Source: Candidatus Omnitrophota bacterium (GTDB lineage Bacteria; Omnitrophota; Gorgyraeia; B26-G9). Taken from it: a stretch of 64,000 nucleotides of DNA. Positions within the stretch are counted from its first letter, which is position 1. Every line of letters starts with the position of its first letter. The translations under genes were made by a program, and so were the position numbers. The stretch lies in the NCBI GenBank assembly GCA_043805415.1, contig JAZDHZ010000036.1:4194-68193 (forward strand). The letters run 5' to 3'. Positions 39,601-52,600 of the stretch are shown here, piece after piece. The notes beneath the pieces are model-generated. The model saw only the letters and a program-made list of their open reading frames with translations. It did no database searches and had not been told where the DNA came from.

Positions 39601-39868
39601 TTGATGTATCAGCATTTGCCCCATTATCATTAAATATCCCGGCTCCTGATTGCAAAGCCCAGGTTATTTCCGTAGCAGTTCCATTTGTATCCAGCGTCAT
39701 GGTTCCGGTATAATTAGTAACTGTTACATCACTCGCGTCTTTAGCGATTACCGTGATCTGCTCCGGCACACCGGCAATCGCATTGCCGTCATGAATGATT
39801 TTAAAATGATGAAATCCCGCGGCAACTACTTCCAAAACCCCCTTCATAATCATCATCTGTTTTTGCAT
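33695..39868 (-). CDS. Giant adhesin, C-terminal part (6 HD repeats, Ig/FN3-like domains, terminal PQQ-like beta-propeller)
   Basis: Continues the upstream repeat register (VLEVVAAGFHHFKIIHDG); no signal peptide; ends in YIGSDD/YFGASDG/FFGSQDG blades. Confidence 0.88.
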   Translation of the reverse strand: MQKQMMIMKGVLEVVAAGFHHFKIIHDGNAIAGVPEQITVIAKDASDVTVTNYTGTMTLDTNGTATEITWALQSGAGIFNDNGANADTSTYTFNSSDNGIVVLTITNTQTQTINISASGSGKTDDNSEGNLIFNPLGLNHFTINHDANAIAGVVENITIIAHDANNNPVANYTGTITLDTNGTAGTIAWSNISGNGIFNDGGPTVDTATYTFAAADNGTVTLGIADTKTESFNISVSGDGKTDDNTEGNISVIPNTLNKFVINHDASAQAGVAENITITAKDAYANTITNYTGTITVDTNGTATTITWSNVSGHGVFNDNGALVDTADYTFSLADNGIVILSITDTTVENLNISANGDGKADDDTEGILVVGAGALDKFIISHDAAAYAGIGELITVKAYDIYANIKTNYIGTITIDTNGSATSIAWALDSGLGVLNDGGASVDTATYNFVAGDNGLVVLMFTDTFAESVDIDISGSGKFDDDTEGNMVVSPSGLDHFKIVHDSSATAGIAENISIYAKDYYNNTQNDYSGTITLDTTGTVTTITWANVFGNGTFIDGGANADTATYTYAPADNGVVSLSLNDTTAEILNISVSGDGKFDDDTEGGLTVNPNVLNYFTISHDGTAVQSVGEEINVTAKDQYGNIKIDYVGTIILDTDGDVNNISWLLHSGAGYFTEGGASVDTAMYTFAQQDNGVASFDLTDNTAQTLNIDVTDSLITDDNTEGVLVVQASSLTVDITANALSSGYIKQGESNKLVLDLTLTNNNVLALDTVKSFTINNSGTIFDAQISAVKLYYDSNNSGEFELGVDSQIGIKTFSSGTATFADLNVNIPIAGTEELYATVDLAGTVTNGATVDLSVPVNGISFEFSPTAEDSVLNSTGSYIVDSVVPGNISGLATNSHNNAISMWSDPQSKDNTVAVSWTPAVDADSGLDGYSVLWDNNPTTIPDNIKDIEQTQNTATSPVLANGNTHYVHIRSVDNVGNWALTAAHLGPFYIDTQAPTATSIYQITEYAGGDYLSVSGNLIYYSGLAYSAFRVCVSASDAASGLKEALFPTTTSTGGVDTTEDAGAYQYLYTYEISSSGANYNNVNAVVYDNAGNTANVPFSVVLDSTAPNFVTTLTSSSHTQGVPSINNDIQFTWSDVTDTQSGVAGYSIIVNTSPTTIPPQYINVDQGQGTYTANDLASGSYYGHIRSVDNVGNWSSTVTHAGPYIIGRGNLTAAVASSKNIVSTDQQFTVTMTVNNTGSSLVNDVDPSVLTVSSTGGATATTSSNPSAQNIDPAGQKQFQWTYTAGASAGTVSFAGYAQGTDTDGIIKSTTVSSNDITIVQKASLTLNVYAAPATVNTNENITIKVTVSNPGQADALNVAPVLIPSGSANPIIDSGPSPTTATIKGGRSKEFIFIGHGSGAGVANFAAGIAQGIDANSNAVLTATQAQDSVTVQSPPSYAMTSSISATPSSVQPSDTITVTMNVQNTGGSILNNITPSSLAVGGSSSDALYATGPIPASIATLGSGATQQFSWTYNAGSTLGIVNFTGHANATETASAASASSDIRILTESAALTSSIAATPSSLLTNATITVTMTVTNTANTGGATAQGVSPSIITIGGTSAAANLLTGPIPLTANIAPQTQQNFIWTYKAGITSGTVNFTGNASGVDSSSQADVSSIANVSANVSISTLNADWIYPTGANVLGPIRSIPIAYWGMENKIYIGSDDNNLYILNGDTHELETSFTTSGKIRGLPYPSTDIDGADLKDIVYFGTVGKTVYGLWADNTLRWNRVMGESLTTTVLYDYVSGVYFGTTANNIYCIDSADGTDAWGAPAAVGGAIESSPAMIYVPTLDYDEIYFGASDGKVYGFKAVDGTGARTFDTGFGSEGAIKTAPTITLQNPSVGSSRRLMLFGTTNGKFYAVNTSNLSSDSADTGWTVNPISVGGAVYSAPWFDTGSRYVFFGSQDGKLYAVSITDGSMKPNFPVDVGSPIDSWPLVENGIVYFGADNGKFYAVDVATGQIVPGWPYDTGAAIKGGAALHLIYNTETWDVQETYVLVGPDSGKIYSFKAVK

Positions 39869-42800
39869 CTCCGCTGACTGCGATATTGATAATCTCTGAA
39901 ACCGTATCAGTCAGCAATAAAGTAACCTGCCCATTATCTGCGCCCGCAAATGTATAAGTCGCGGTATCCACACTTGCCCCGCCATCATTAAACACTCCAT
40001 TTCCCGTGCTAAGCGCCCAGTTTATGGCATTAGCGGTGCCGTCAGTATCAACAGTTATCAAACCAGTATAATCAGTTTTAATATTATTATAAGCATCATA
40101 AGCTTTAATAATAATCGACTCCGGTTGATTCTGTAAAGCAAACCCATCATGGACAATAGAAAAATGGTCGATAATTCCTGGTCCTACATTAAGCATTCCT
40201 TCGGTATCATCATCTGTTTTGCCTGACCCGGATACGGAAATATTTAATTGCTCAAGAGTTGTATCTTGCAAAGATAATACAACCACTCCATCATCCGCTA
40301 AACTATAAACATAAGTAGCTGTATCTACTGATAAACCGCCATCAACAAAAGTACCATTGCCGCTGATTTTTGCCCAGGTTATGGTTGAAACTGTTCCATT
40401 GGTATCCAAAGTAATTTGTTCAGTATAATTTTTTTTCGTATTTCCATACTGATCCTTGGCAGTTATTGTAATTGTATCCAGTATTCCTGCTTGAGCAGCA
40501 CCGTCATGGGCTAGCAAAAAGTGATCCAGCACTGCGGCAGAAACAACAAGATTCCCTTCAGTATTATCATCCGACTTACTATCACCGGTTACCGCGATAT
40601 TCAGACTCTCCGCTGTAGTTGAGGTCAAGGCAAACGTGGCTGTTGAATTATCTGAAGCATTAAACGTATAAGTAGCTGTATCTACTCCCTGTCCACCATC
40701 AGTAAAAATTCCAAAACCGGTTAACAATTGCCAGCTTATTCCAGCGGCAGTGCCATTTGTATCTAAATTAATTTGTCCTGTATAATTAGACACTGTATTA
40801 TTAAAAGCATCCTTTGCTGTTACAGTTACATTTTCGGCAATACCGGCAATAGCCGCGGCATCATGGGTGATCAGAAAATGATCAATCCCTCCGGAAGCAA
40901 TAACTAAATTACCCTCAGTATTATCATCGGTTTTAGCATCGCCGCTGGCAGATATATTGATTGACTCTGCTTTATTGTCAACCAGACTAAATACCGCGGT
41001 TCCATTATCCGAAGCTGAAAAAGCATAAGTAGCAGTATCCACAGATGCTCCGCCCTCTGTAAATATTCCATTGCCTGTTACCTTTGCCCAGGTTATTGCC
41101 GTAGCTGTTCCGGTTGTATCCAAGGTAATTGTTCCGCTATAAGAAGTTTTAATATTTCCATAAATATCCCGGGCTGTCAGAGTAATCTGTTCCGGGATAC
41201 CGGTTATTGCTGATTGGTCATGCTGGATTACAAAATGATCTAGGGCCAAAGATACCGGGATGATCCCCGCTGAATTCAGCACTGTATCTTCTATCTGAAC
41301 GCCATAAACAAAACTTATCCCATTAACCGGAATCTGGATATCCAGCGTATCAGCATCATTAACAGTTTGCGCCAGAGCGCAAACTACAAAAATATCTTCA
41401 GAACCGCTAGCCGGAACACTAATATTTAAACCTGTAAATGTTTTAGTGCCAGAGTTAAACACTCCGGAACCAACCTGATTATCAACACCCGTTGTATAAT
41501 CATTAGAATTATTGCTGTCATAATATAATTTTAATGAAGAGATTTCCGTATCTGATAGCGTTCCGGTATTATTAATCACCAGGGAATTTATTACTCTTGC
41601 CTGGCTGGCAGTATTAGTTACCGTAACATCAAGACTTAAAACATTACTGGCCCCGGCAGCTATCGGAGTTGTGCTAACCGCATTAGCAATCGCGTCCGGA
41701 GGAAGTTCATAATAAATCCGCGCTGGTATCCAATCCAAATATAAATAAATAGTTGTGCTGGGAGTGCTGGCATTAATTCTCACCCGGAAATTAGCATTTG
41801 TAAAATTATCAACTGTCCAGGTTCTGCCCCAAACATCAGTTGGCCCGCCCAGAACATATGTTACTTCTGATGTAATCATATCCGGCGTAATTTTTCCTGT
41901 TGTAGTAAAGCTGGTTCCGCCATCCCAGGAAAGTTCAACCAAACCTTGGGTCAAGCCAGTAGTACTGGACGCATAGGCATCAAGCTGAACCGCAATACCC
42001 AAAATCGTTGACCCAGCCGGAATATTAACCCCATAATTATAGTACTGCTGTGATTGTCCATTGTATGAAGTAGCACGCGAAGCATCATTCGCGTAAGCAT
42101 TTGCAGGGCTGGTAAAATTACCGCTATTAGCTGTTGGCGACAAATACCCGGTATTCAATCCGCCTACTGGATTTATAACTAAATTACTTTCAGTATTATC
42201 ATCACTCTTGCCATCACCGCTAACTAAGATATTTATTGTTTCAGCCGTGCTATCATTTAAGGAAAGCACAACCATTCCATCATCAGCATCACTAAATGTG
42301 TACAAAGCTGTATCAAGTGATGCCCCTCCATCCTGGAACACTCCCACACCAGCGGTTAATGTCCAATCAATCGCTGTCGGCGTTCCATTGGTATCAAGAG
42401 TTATCTGTCCGGTATAATTATCCTTAATATTTTCCCAAACATCTTTAGCATAAATCGTAATTGATTCTCCCAGATTAACAACCGCTGAACCGTCATGGAA
42501 AATTGTAAAATGGTCAATTAGTGACGGTCCGATAATTATATCTCCTTCGGCATTAGTATCATTTTTTCCATCCCCGAAAACCGCGAGATTAATTACTTCT
42601 TTTTTCGTATCAGTAATTGCTAAAACCACAATCCCATCATCAGAGTCAGCATAGGTATATGTCGCTGTATCAACCAAAGCGCCTCCGTCGGCTAATGTAC
42701 CATTGCCAGTTATTTTTGACCAGGTAATTGTTGTCGCTGTTCCATTTGTATCCAAGGTTATTGTCCCGGTATAATTATCTTTGATATTTGAATACAAATC

Positions 42801-45800
42801 ATATGCTCTTACTGTGACATTTTCCGCTACCCCGGCTTCGGCATTTCCATCATGAATAATTACAAAATGATCAATACTGGTCGGGCCGACAATTAAATTA
42901 CCTTCTGAATCATTGTCAGTTTTCCCTCCGCCAAAAACATCAATATCAATATTTTCCTTTTTTGTATCACTAACGCTTAAAACCACAATCCCATCATCAG
43001 AGTCAGCATAAGTATATGTCGCTGTGTCAACCAAAGCTCCGTTATCAGTAAACACCCCATTGCCGGTAATTTTAAGCCAGGTAATCGTTGTCGCTGTTCC
43101 ATTTGTATCCAAGGTTATTGTCCCGGTATAATTATCTTTGATATTTAAATATGAATCATAGGCTTTTATCGTAACAGTCTCCGCTACTCCGGCCTCGGCA
43201 TTACCATCATGATTAACTACAAAATGGTCGATACTGGTCGGCCCAACAATTAAATTACCTTCTGAATCATTGTCAGTTTTCCCGTCCCCGGTTACGGAAA
43301 TATTTAGACTTTCCGCGGTTGTGTCAGTTATCTTTAGTATACATTGACCATTATCTGCCGCTAAGAATGTATACGTAGCTGTATCAACTGATGCTCCGCC
43401 GTCAACAAAAGTTCCCAAGCCAGTAGCTTTAGCCCAGGTTATTGTTCCGGCTGTGCCATTAGTATCCATACTGATCTGCCCGGTATAATTTGTCTTAATA
43501 TTGCCATAGGAGTCATAAGCAACTATTGTTATATTATCCGCAATACCGGCAACCGCGCTTCCATCGTGATTAATGGAAAAATAATCAATCGCTCCTGGCC
43601 CGACGGTTAAGGTTCCTTCTTTATCATCATCAGATTTTCCCGCTCCGCTTACTGATATATTTAAGCTTTCGACTATTGTATCAGTTATACTCAGCACGCA
43701 GGTTCCATTATCACTAGCTACATATGAATATGTTGCTGTATCAGCCAAAGCTCCGCCATCACTAAAACTGCCGTTTCCGGTAATTTTCGCCCAGCTAATA
43801 GTTGTCGCAGTGCCGGTTGTATCCAAATCAATCTGTCCGGTATATGCGGTTAATGTATTATTATTCGCGTCTTTTGCCGCGATTGTTACTGTATCAGCGA
43901 TTCCCGCGACAGCATTACCATCATGCGTAATTGTAAAATGATGCAGGCCCGCGGGATTGAACACAAGATTTCCTTCTGTATTATTGTCAGACTTGCCTTC
44001 TCCGGAAACTGAGATATTTACTGATTCTTCGGAAGAATCAGTAATTGTTAAAACCACTACCCCTAAATCTGAATCATCATACATATAAGAACAGGTATCT
44101 GCATCCGCGCCAGAATCATTAAAAGTTCCATTCCCGGATTGTAATGCCCAGGCAATAGTCCCAGAGGTTCCGGTTGTATCAATGGTTATCTGTCCGCCAT
44201 AACTTGTTAAAGTATCCCCATTAGCATTTTTCGCGTAAATTGAAATACTTTCCCCAATACCGGCAATCGCGTTACCGTCATGGACAATCAGAAAATGGTC
44301 AATCCCGGAAGAAACAAATACTAAATCACCCTCGTTATTACTATCATTCTTCCCGTCACCGGACACAGAGATATTTACAGATTCAGCAGTATAATCAATT
44401 ATACTTAAAATCACGATTCCGGCATCAGCAGGCACAAAAGTATAAGTTGCTGTATCTGCTGAAGAACCCGCATCATTAAAAACTCCTTCTCCGCTGATAA
44501 GTGTCCAGCTGATTGTAGTCACAGTTCCTGTGGTATCAAGAGTAGTCACTCCAGTATAATCATCTTTGATGTTTTCATAAGCGTCATAGGCAGTTATCAT
44601 AACTTGTTCTGATACATCTGTTGTGGCAATCCCATCATGATTAATCACAAAATGATCAATATCTCCAGAAGTAATAACTAAATTTCCTTCTGTATTATCA
44701 TCAGTCACACTACCGGCACTAACCGATATATTAATTGTCTCTGTTTTTGTATCAGTAAGGTTAAACACTGCTGTTCCATTATCCAAAGCATTAAAAGTAT
44801 AAGTTGCCGTGTCTAAGGATGCTCCGTTGTCAGTAAAAATACCATTTCCAGTATTCAGCGCCCAGGTTATTTTGGTCGCTGTCCCGGTTGTATCTAAATT
44901 TATTGTACCAGTATAATTATTTTTTATATTGCCAAACCCATCCAAAGCTGTTATTGAAATAGCTTCGGCATTTCCAGCAATAGCCTGCCCCTCATGACTA
45001 ATCACAAAATGATTAAGTTCTCCAGGAGCAATTATCAGATCCCCTTCACTATCATCATCGTATTTTCCATCTCCGACAGCGATAATATTTAATGTCTCTG
45101 CCTTATTGTCAACAATCTCAAACCTGGCTAAGCCAGTATCACTGGGGTCAAAAGTATAGATTGCTGTACCCGCGCCAGCTCCATTGTTAAAAAACACACC
45201 TGATCCTGAGTCTAGAGTCCAGTTAATATCATCCACAGAACCGTTTGTTCCCAATGTTATCTGTCCGGAGTAATTATTAACTGTATTGCCAAAACTATCT
45301 TTTACCGTAACTGAAATTATTTCTCCCGCACCAGCTATTCCTGAGCCATCATGACTAACTATAAAATGATTCACAAGCCCGGCGGAAACCGTAAGATCAG
45401 TCTCAGTATTATCATCACTTTTACCATCACCGCTTGCTGAAATATTTATTATCTCAGCGATTTCATCACTAATGTTTAATACTACCACACCCGCATCAGA
45501 CTGAGTAAATGTATATATTGCTGTATCTAAACTTACGCCGCCATCATTAAAAACCCCGCTCCCAGCATATTTTGACCAGGTAATTGATTCAGGAGTTCCA
45601 TTAGTATCAACAGTTATTGTTCCAGTATAATCGGTTTTTGTATTGCCATAAGCGTCTTTAGCAATAATCGTAATGTTTTCATCTAAGCCGGCAATTGCCG
45701 CCCCATCATGGCTAATCAAAAAATGATCTAATCCAATATATGTCTGGCGTGTACCGCTGGAGTTTAATACAGCGCTGCCGAGTTTTTTGCCATTAGAAAA

Positions 45801-48800
45801 ACCAATCCCTGAGATCGGAATTGCCACATCAAGCAGTTTTCCTGACGCGCAGGCTGAAGACAAATCAATAACCGCGAATAAATATTGGGTTGCTCCAGCA
45901 GGAATATCAATATTAAAACCTGAAAAAATTTTACTTCCTGAGGAAAAACCGCTATTGCCTACCTGGGTATCTACTTCCGGGGTGTAATCCAAAGAATTAT
46001 TTGAATCATAATACAATTTTACTGCTGAAATCTCGCTATCACTGACTGTTCCTACATTATTTAAGGTAACACTGTTTATCGTTAGCGTGCTCCCTTCATT
46101 ATTCGTAACTGAAACATCAAGAATTAAATTGCCTGTTTGGCCTACTGGGATAGTATCAGTTATTACTGGATTTGCTGTTGCTGTTGCCGCTAAGCCTACG
46201 CTAATAAAAGTCGTTGGTGAATTCTGATTATTATATTCTGTGGCAATCCATTCCGGAGAACGCGCGGTAATTGCGTAGCGTACCTCATCCAACTTTCCAA
46301 GCCAGTATTCCGTGCTATAATTTGACCAGCCAATCAAAGCTGATGTTGCTGTAGGAAATGTTGCGCTATGCGTCCCGGTTCCATGCAGAGCTCCGTCAAC
46401 ATAAAAATAAACCATTGTCCCGACTCTGCGGAAATCAACCTTATGCCATTGACCATCATTATGCGTAGCTGTTCCGCTGGAAGTAATCAATCCATTATGA
46501 TAAACCATGGCCACGCTTTGATTATAAAAACCAAATTGCGGCGCGTAATTATTATGGTCATAAATCGTTGAATATGATGCCGGAGAAGAAATATAATTAA
46601 ACCACGCGGAAATAGTATAATCCCCGGGAGTGCCCACTCCCACCGGACTGGTCTTCTTAAAGTAATCATTACTGCCGTCAAAATCTATTCCTTTGCCGAT
46701 TTTAGCGTCAATCAAATCCGTATTAGTCATGGTTCCGTAAGAAGTCATCGCGTTATTATTGGAAGTTGAATCTTTTTCCTGCGGAGCGGTTGCTGAAGGA
46801 TCATTATTTAAATGCCAGACGCCTTTATATGATGTATCCCATACTCCGCTTTTATTCTGCTGATCACTGGCAGCGCTATTTCCATAATACATATAAATCT
46901 TTGTATCTGCTGATGATAAAAGACTGGGAATTTTTACCCAGGCCACAAGGATTCCGGTTGTTTTATCAAAGCTTTCTATTTCATGATCTAATTTTGTATT
47001 TCCGTCACTGGCAGTAAAAACAATATCAAAACCATCGCTGCGGGCATTATCCCGCAATGCTGTATCTGTAATACTTATCAGTACTGGAAAATTAGTCAGA
47101 TTAGCCATGACTTTTGTCCGGTCAATTGTGATCTCTTTATGAAAAGACCAATTTGCTAGTAAAAACTGAGTGATCACTAAATTGCCTTCAGTATTATCAT
47201 CAGTCATGCCGCCGCCGCTTACCGAAATATTTATTGTCTCCGCGGTTGTGTCGGTCAAATCAAGAGTTACCACTCCGAAATCCGCGGAACCATATGTATA
47301 AGTCGCGGTATCAACACTGGCTCCGCCGTCAACAAAAGCTCCTGCGCCTTGATATTTTGACCAGGTAATTGTTGTCGCGGTTCCGGTTGTGTCAACGATT
47401 ATCGACCCGGTATAATCTGTCTTAATATTATTAAAACCATCATACGCGGCTATCGTAATATGCTCCGGCTGTCCGGTAAAAGCATTATTATCATGAGAAA
47501 TAATAAACTTAGTTAATGCCCCGGGAAGCACCTGCAATAATCCTTCACTATTATCATCAGAAGCACTGCCGGACACAGCAATATTTATTGTCTCAGTAAA
47601 AGTATCAGCCATTGCCAAAACAACAACTCCATTATCCGCAGCGCTAAATGTATAGGAACAGGTATCTGCTGATGATCCGTCATCTACAAATGTTCCGCTT
47701 CCGCTAATTTTCGTCCAATTGATTGTACTAGCTGTTCCATCAGTATCAATATATATGGTTCCAGTATAATCAGTTTTGGTCTGGCCTAATGTATCTTTAG
47801 CCGTAATTGTAATATTTTCATTTGTTCCGGCAATAGCCTGACCGTCATGCGCGATCAGGAAATGATGCAGCAATGCTGTATCAATATTCAGCAGGCCCTC
47901 GCTATCATCATCAGTTTTTCCGCTGCCGCTAATATCAATATCAATATTTTCCACCACATTATCCGTTATTGCCAGGGTTACTACCCCATTATCTAAAGCG
48001 GAAAATGTATATACAGCTGTATCCACAGCTGTACCGCCGTCATTAAATGTCCCATTACCGCTTATCTTAGCCCAGCTGATTGCCGCGGGAGTTCCGCTGG
48101 TATCGATTGTTATGGTTCCAGTATAATCTGTCTTTATCTGACCAATACTGTTTAATGCCGTAATCGTAACAGTTTCCGCTACCCCGGCATTACCCGCTCC
48201 ATCATGTACTACCCGAAAAGACCAAATAATCGCAGGCCCAACCACTAAATTTCCCTCAGCATTATTATCAATTTTTCCATCGCCGGAAACTGAAATATTA
48301 ATTGATTCCGCTGTAATATCAGTTATCGCGAAAACCGCGATGCCATTATCTGCTGAATCAAAAGCATATGTCGCGGTATCGACACTTTCTCCATTATCAT
48401 TAAATATGCCATTGCCTGTTGTTTTTGCCCAGCTGATTGCTGATGCCGTGCCATCTGTATCTAAAGTAATTGTTCCGCTATAATCACTTTTTGTATTGCC
48501 ATAGATGTCTTTTGCTGTCACTGTTACTTGCTCGGAAACTCCGGATGATGCCGCATTATCATGGCTTATCAGAAAATAATCAATTGCCGCGGCACTGACC
48601 ACCATTGTCCCTTCAGCATCAGTATCAGTTTTTCCCTCAGCACTGGCATCAATATCAATTGTTTCTTTTTTTGTATCCGTAATACTCAAAACAACAGCAC
48701 CCGCGTCAGAAAGCACAAAACCATATGTCGCGGTATCAACCGAACTGTCTCCGTCAGTAAGCACGCCATTTCCGCTTATTTTCGCCCAGCTGATTGTTGT

Positions 48801-49660
48801 CGCCGTGCCATTAGTATCCACAGTCATTGTCCCGGCATAATCGGTTTTAATATTATTATAAATATCATACGCGATAATCGTAACATTATCCGCTATGCCG
48901 GCTATGGCTTGAGCATCATGGCCAACAATAAAATGATCCAAAGCTGTTGGAGCAATCACTAGATTTCCTTCAATATCATTATCATGAATCCCTGAATCAT
49001 CAACCAAAATATTCAGCGTTTCGGCTTTAGTATCCTTAATAGTAAATATAGCCACACCATTATCATTGGGATTAAAAGTGTATTGAGCTGTATCAACGCT
49101 TGCCCCGCCTTCGCTAAAAGTTCCCAGTCCAGTACTAATCGTCCAGGAAATAGTTGTCGGAGTACCATTTGTATCAAGATTAATCGTGCCCACATAATCA
49201 GTTTTTGTCTGACCATTTGTATCTTTTGCTGTGACTTTTACGTTTTCTTTAACCCCGGCAACTCCGGCATTATCATGTTCAATAACAAACCAGCCTAAAG
49301 CAGTTGTCGAAACAACCAATGTTCCTTCAGCATCATCATCACTATGCGTTCCATCAGTTACCTCAATATCCAGATTATTTGCCGCGCTGCATGTAAGCTG
49401 CAAAACAACAACCCCATTATCCGCGGCATTAAAAGTATAAGTCGCGGAATCATTATCAACCCCATTATCCACAAAACTACCGCTGCCGCTAACCAATGTC
49501 CAGGTAATCTGGTTTGTTTCATTTAAAGTACTCAGTGTTATCTGCCCGGTAAAATCATTAACCGTACAATTGGTAATATTTTTCGCTGTAATTGTTATGG
49601 TTTCCAAAGTATTAATCAATGCTGAGCCATCATGCGTAATCACAAAATGATCTATTGCTG
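37690..49660 (-). repeat. About 27 intragenic ~119-aa (~357-bp) repeats in three blocks
   Basis: Consensus DHFxIxHDGxAxAG..YTGTITLDTNGT..W..GxGxFxDGG..DTATYTF..DNG..DDNTEGNLV; hand count 21 in the upstream ORF and 6 in the downstream ORF. Boundaries approximate. Confidence 0.9.
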
Positions 49661-52600
49661 TATCAATAGTAAAAGTATCATTAGTATCATTAAGCATAAT
49701 ATTTCCGGCAATATCCTTTGCCGCGCTTATTGCTATTGCTGCTGTCCCATCTCCTGTAGCACTATTTATCGCGCTGCTATTATAGACAGTATATGTATCA
49801 TTCGGATTATTCGTGGTTGACCAATAACCATTAAGACTCGCGTTCTGCACGCCGGTTGCTCCGCTAGGATCATAAGTTACAATCGGATTTGTGCCGGTAT
49901 CCATTGACTCGGAAAAAAGCAGAGTAAATGTTAACTCTCCTGGCGCCCGGTGACCGCTGGGATCAGGCAAAACTCCCACACTTACTGTGGGCTTTGTTGA
50001 ATCAAATATAAAAGTAAATAATGTCGCCGCCGGTTCACTATAATGTCCCAAAGCATCAAAAGTCCGTACGCGCAAATAGTAAGTAGTACCTTCATTAGCA
50101 TCAGAAATAACATTATACTGCGCTGTAGCTTGTTCCTGAACTGTTGCCGGATTACCTTCAGGATTAATTCCCCAATAAACTGAATAACCGCTGACTCCTT
50201 GTCCATTGCCGTCAGCAGCTCCGGTCCATTCAAAATAAGGAGTTGAGTCAATTCCCTGCGGAGTATTATCCGAAATAAGCGTGTTTTTTGACGCGGAATC
50301 CCAGGCATTACACGGAATAGCAGGATTTAGCGGAGCAGTGGCATCATATTTAAAAGTAAACAAAGTAACCGGAGTGCTATAATGATTCAGATTATCAAAA
50401 GTTCTTATCCTTAAATAATAAGTACCATCTCCCATAGGAGTACTAACTTCATAATTCGCATTGCCCTGTTCTTGGTTAGTTCCAGGTGCTCCATTTATAT
50501 CAGTGCCCCAATAAACAGAATAACCGCTTAGTCCTGAACCACCGCTGTCATTGGCTCCGGTCCATTCAAAATATGGAGTATCATCCGCTTCCTGCCAGGT
50601 ATTATTACTGATCGGATTTATTTTTAAATTTGTTTGCCATGCCGCACAAGGGATATCTGGATTTAAAGGAGCGCCAACATCATAGCGAAAAGTGAACAGA
50701 GTTATCGGTTCACTGTAATTTCCGATAACATCAAAAGTTCTGACTCTTAGAAAATATACACCGTCTTCAGTTCCGGAAGAAACATTATAATTGCTAGCAG
50801 TCTGGCCTTGAGTCAAGCCTGGTTCGCCGTTCGCGTCATTTCCCCAGTAAACAGAATAACCGCTGACTCCTGTGCCGCCCGTATCAGTTGCTCCTGTCCA
50901 TTCAAAATAAGGAGTATTATCTGATTCCTGCCATGTATCATTAGATATTGGGTTTATTTTACTGCTGGAATCCCATGCGCTGCAAGGTAGCGTAGGATTA
51001 ATCGGAATAGTAGTATCAATAAAAAAAGTATCATTCCCATCCGCGACCATGATATTAGCAGCTAAATCCTGCGCGGCACTCACGCTAACTACCGCGGGGC
51101 CGTCTCCGGTTTGGGCGGTTATTGCATTATCATTATATACGGTATAAGTATCATTCATTTCCGAAGTAGTTGACCAGATGCCCCCGGTACACGGCTGAGC
51201 CAGGGTGTCTCCTTGCGGATCATAAGTTACCGACGGAGTAACTCCTGTATTCATTGTCTCGCTGAATACCAGCTTTATTTCCAGAGAACCTGATGAAATC
51301 TCCCCTACCGGGTTGGGCGTAACACTTATATTTACCGTGGGTTTAATATAATCTGCCGGCCTTCTGATCGCGAAAAGTTCCACATCCTTGGAATATACCG
51401 TTCCTCCACTGGCACGGTGCCATGCCTTTACTTCATGCTGGTTGGCATCAAAGTTAACAATAGCCATATAATTGGCATTCATATAATCCGTCAAATCTTT
51501 ATAGTCTCTGTATTCAGTTGCCTGTATAACATCTGTTGCCGGATCAGCCGCGTCATGCGAAAATTCGTGGTATTGTAGGTAAGAAAGACTGCTTGTCCGT
51601 CCAAATGCCTGGCCGATAATCAGATACTCTCCAGGAGTATCTGCCGGGATTGTTGCCGTAGCCAAAAGCTGGTTTGATGTTGAGGCTGTAGAAGCTTGTG
51701 AGCTTGCGTACTGTTGATCCAAAAAGAAATCATATATTCCGGACAACCGCATAGCAAATATTCTCTGTTTACGGATAGTGCCACTAGTCGCGTCATCCAT
51801 CCTCGACTCAAGGCCTATGCTATGCGAGCCCGCGCTAAGATTTACCACTGAAGTTATAAATACCGGCTGCCAGTCAGTAGTATCCTGCGCTTCCAGCATA
51901 TAGTGCCGATTTGCCGCATCCGCGTAAGGCTTATACGTACTGTTATCAATATTTATCCTTATTTGCGAAGAGTCTGAGACATTATTAACATCCAGTTCAC
52001 AATACCCCATAATCAGATACTGTCCGGCAGAAGCGGGACTGATACTTAAAGAAGCTCCCAGATTTTCCCAGACCATGCTGGAAGTCATCGCATAACTTGC
52101 CGCGCCGGCATCAGTATCATAAGCATATTGATAACCGGTTTGCGAATTAATCGGGATCGCGATAAGCCGGGAACGCTTTACGCGAGTCGTGGTACCATCA
52201 TCATTGCGGTGGTCAAAATCAACGTACTGCGAACCACTTAAATTTTGCGCCACATAAAATCCGGAAACAGTTGTATAATTAGTTATGTTTACTGTTTCAA
52301 TTTTAACCGCGTCATTAGCTGAATATCCCATCAACTGAATACTGTTATTCAATTGAACCTGCAATTCCACACTATCAGCAGCAGTAGCTCCTTGCCACTC
52401 CAATTCCCACATGATCAGCCAATCAGTATTCGGCTCGGCAGTCCATCCCAAAGTATTATGTTCCGTCCAGGTTGTTGTGCTTGTACTGGTTTGTTCATTG
52501 AGGTTTTCACTGCTATACCATACATCATAAGCTCTAGCAGAGGGAGAAAATGCGCCTATCAGCAAAAAACAAAACAAAATTAAAAAGAGAATTCTGTGGG

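Noticed and set aside
39834-39840. G GGT TTT heptamer as a -1 frameshift site
   Set aside because: A -1 slip reads TGG AAG TAG and stops; joining the ORFs needs +1.
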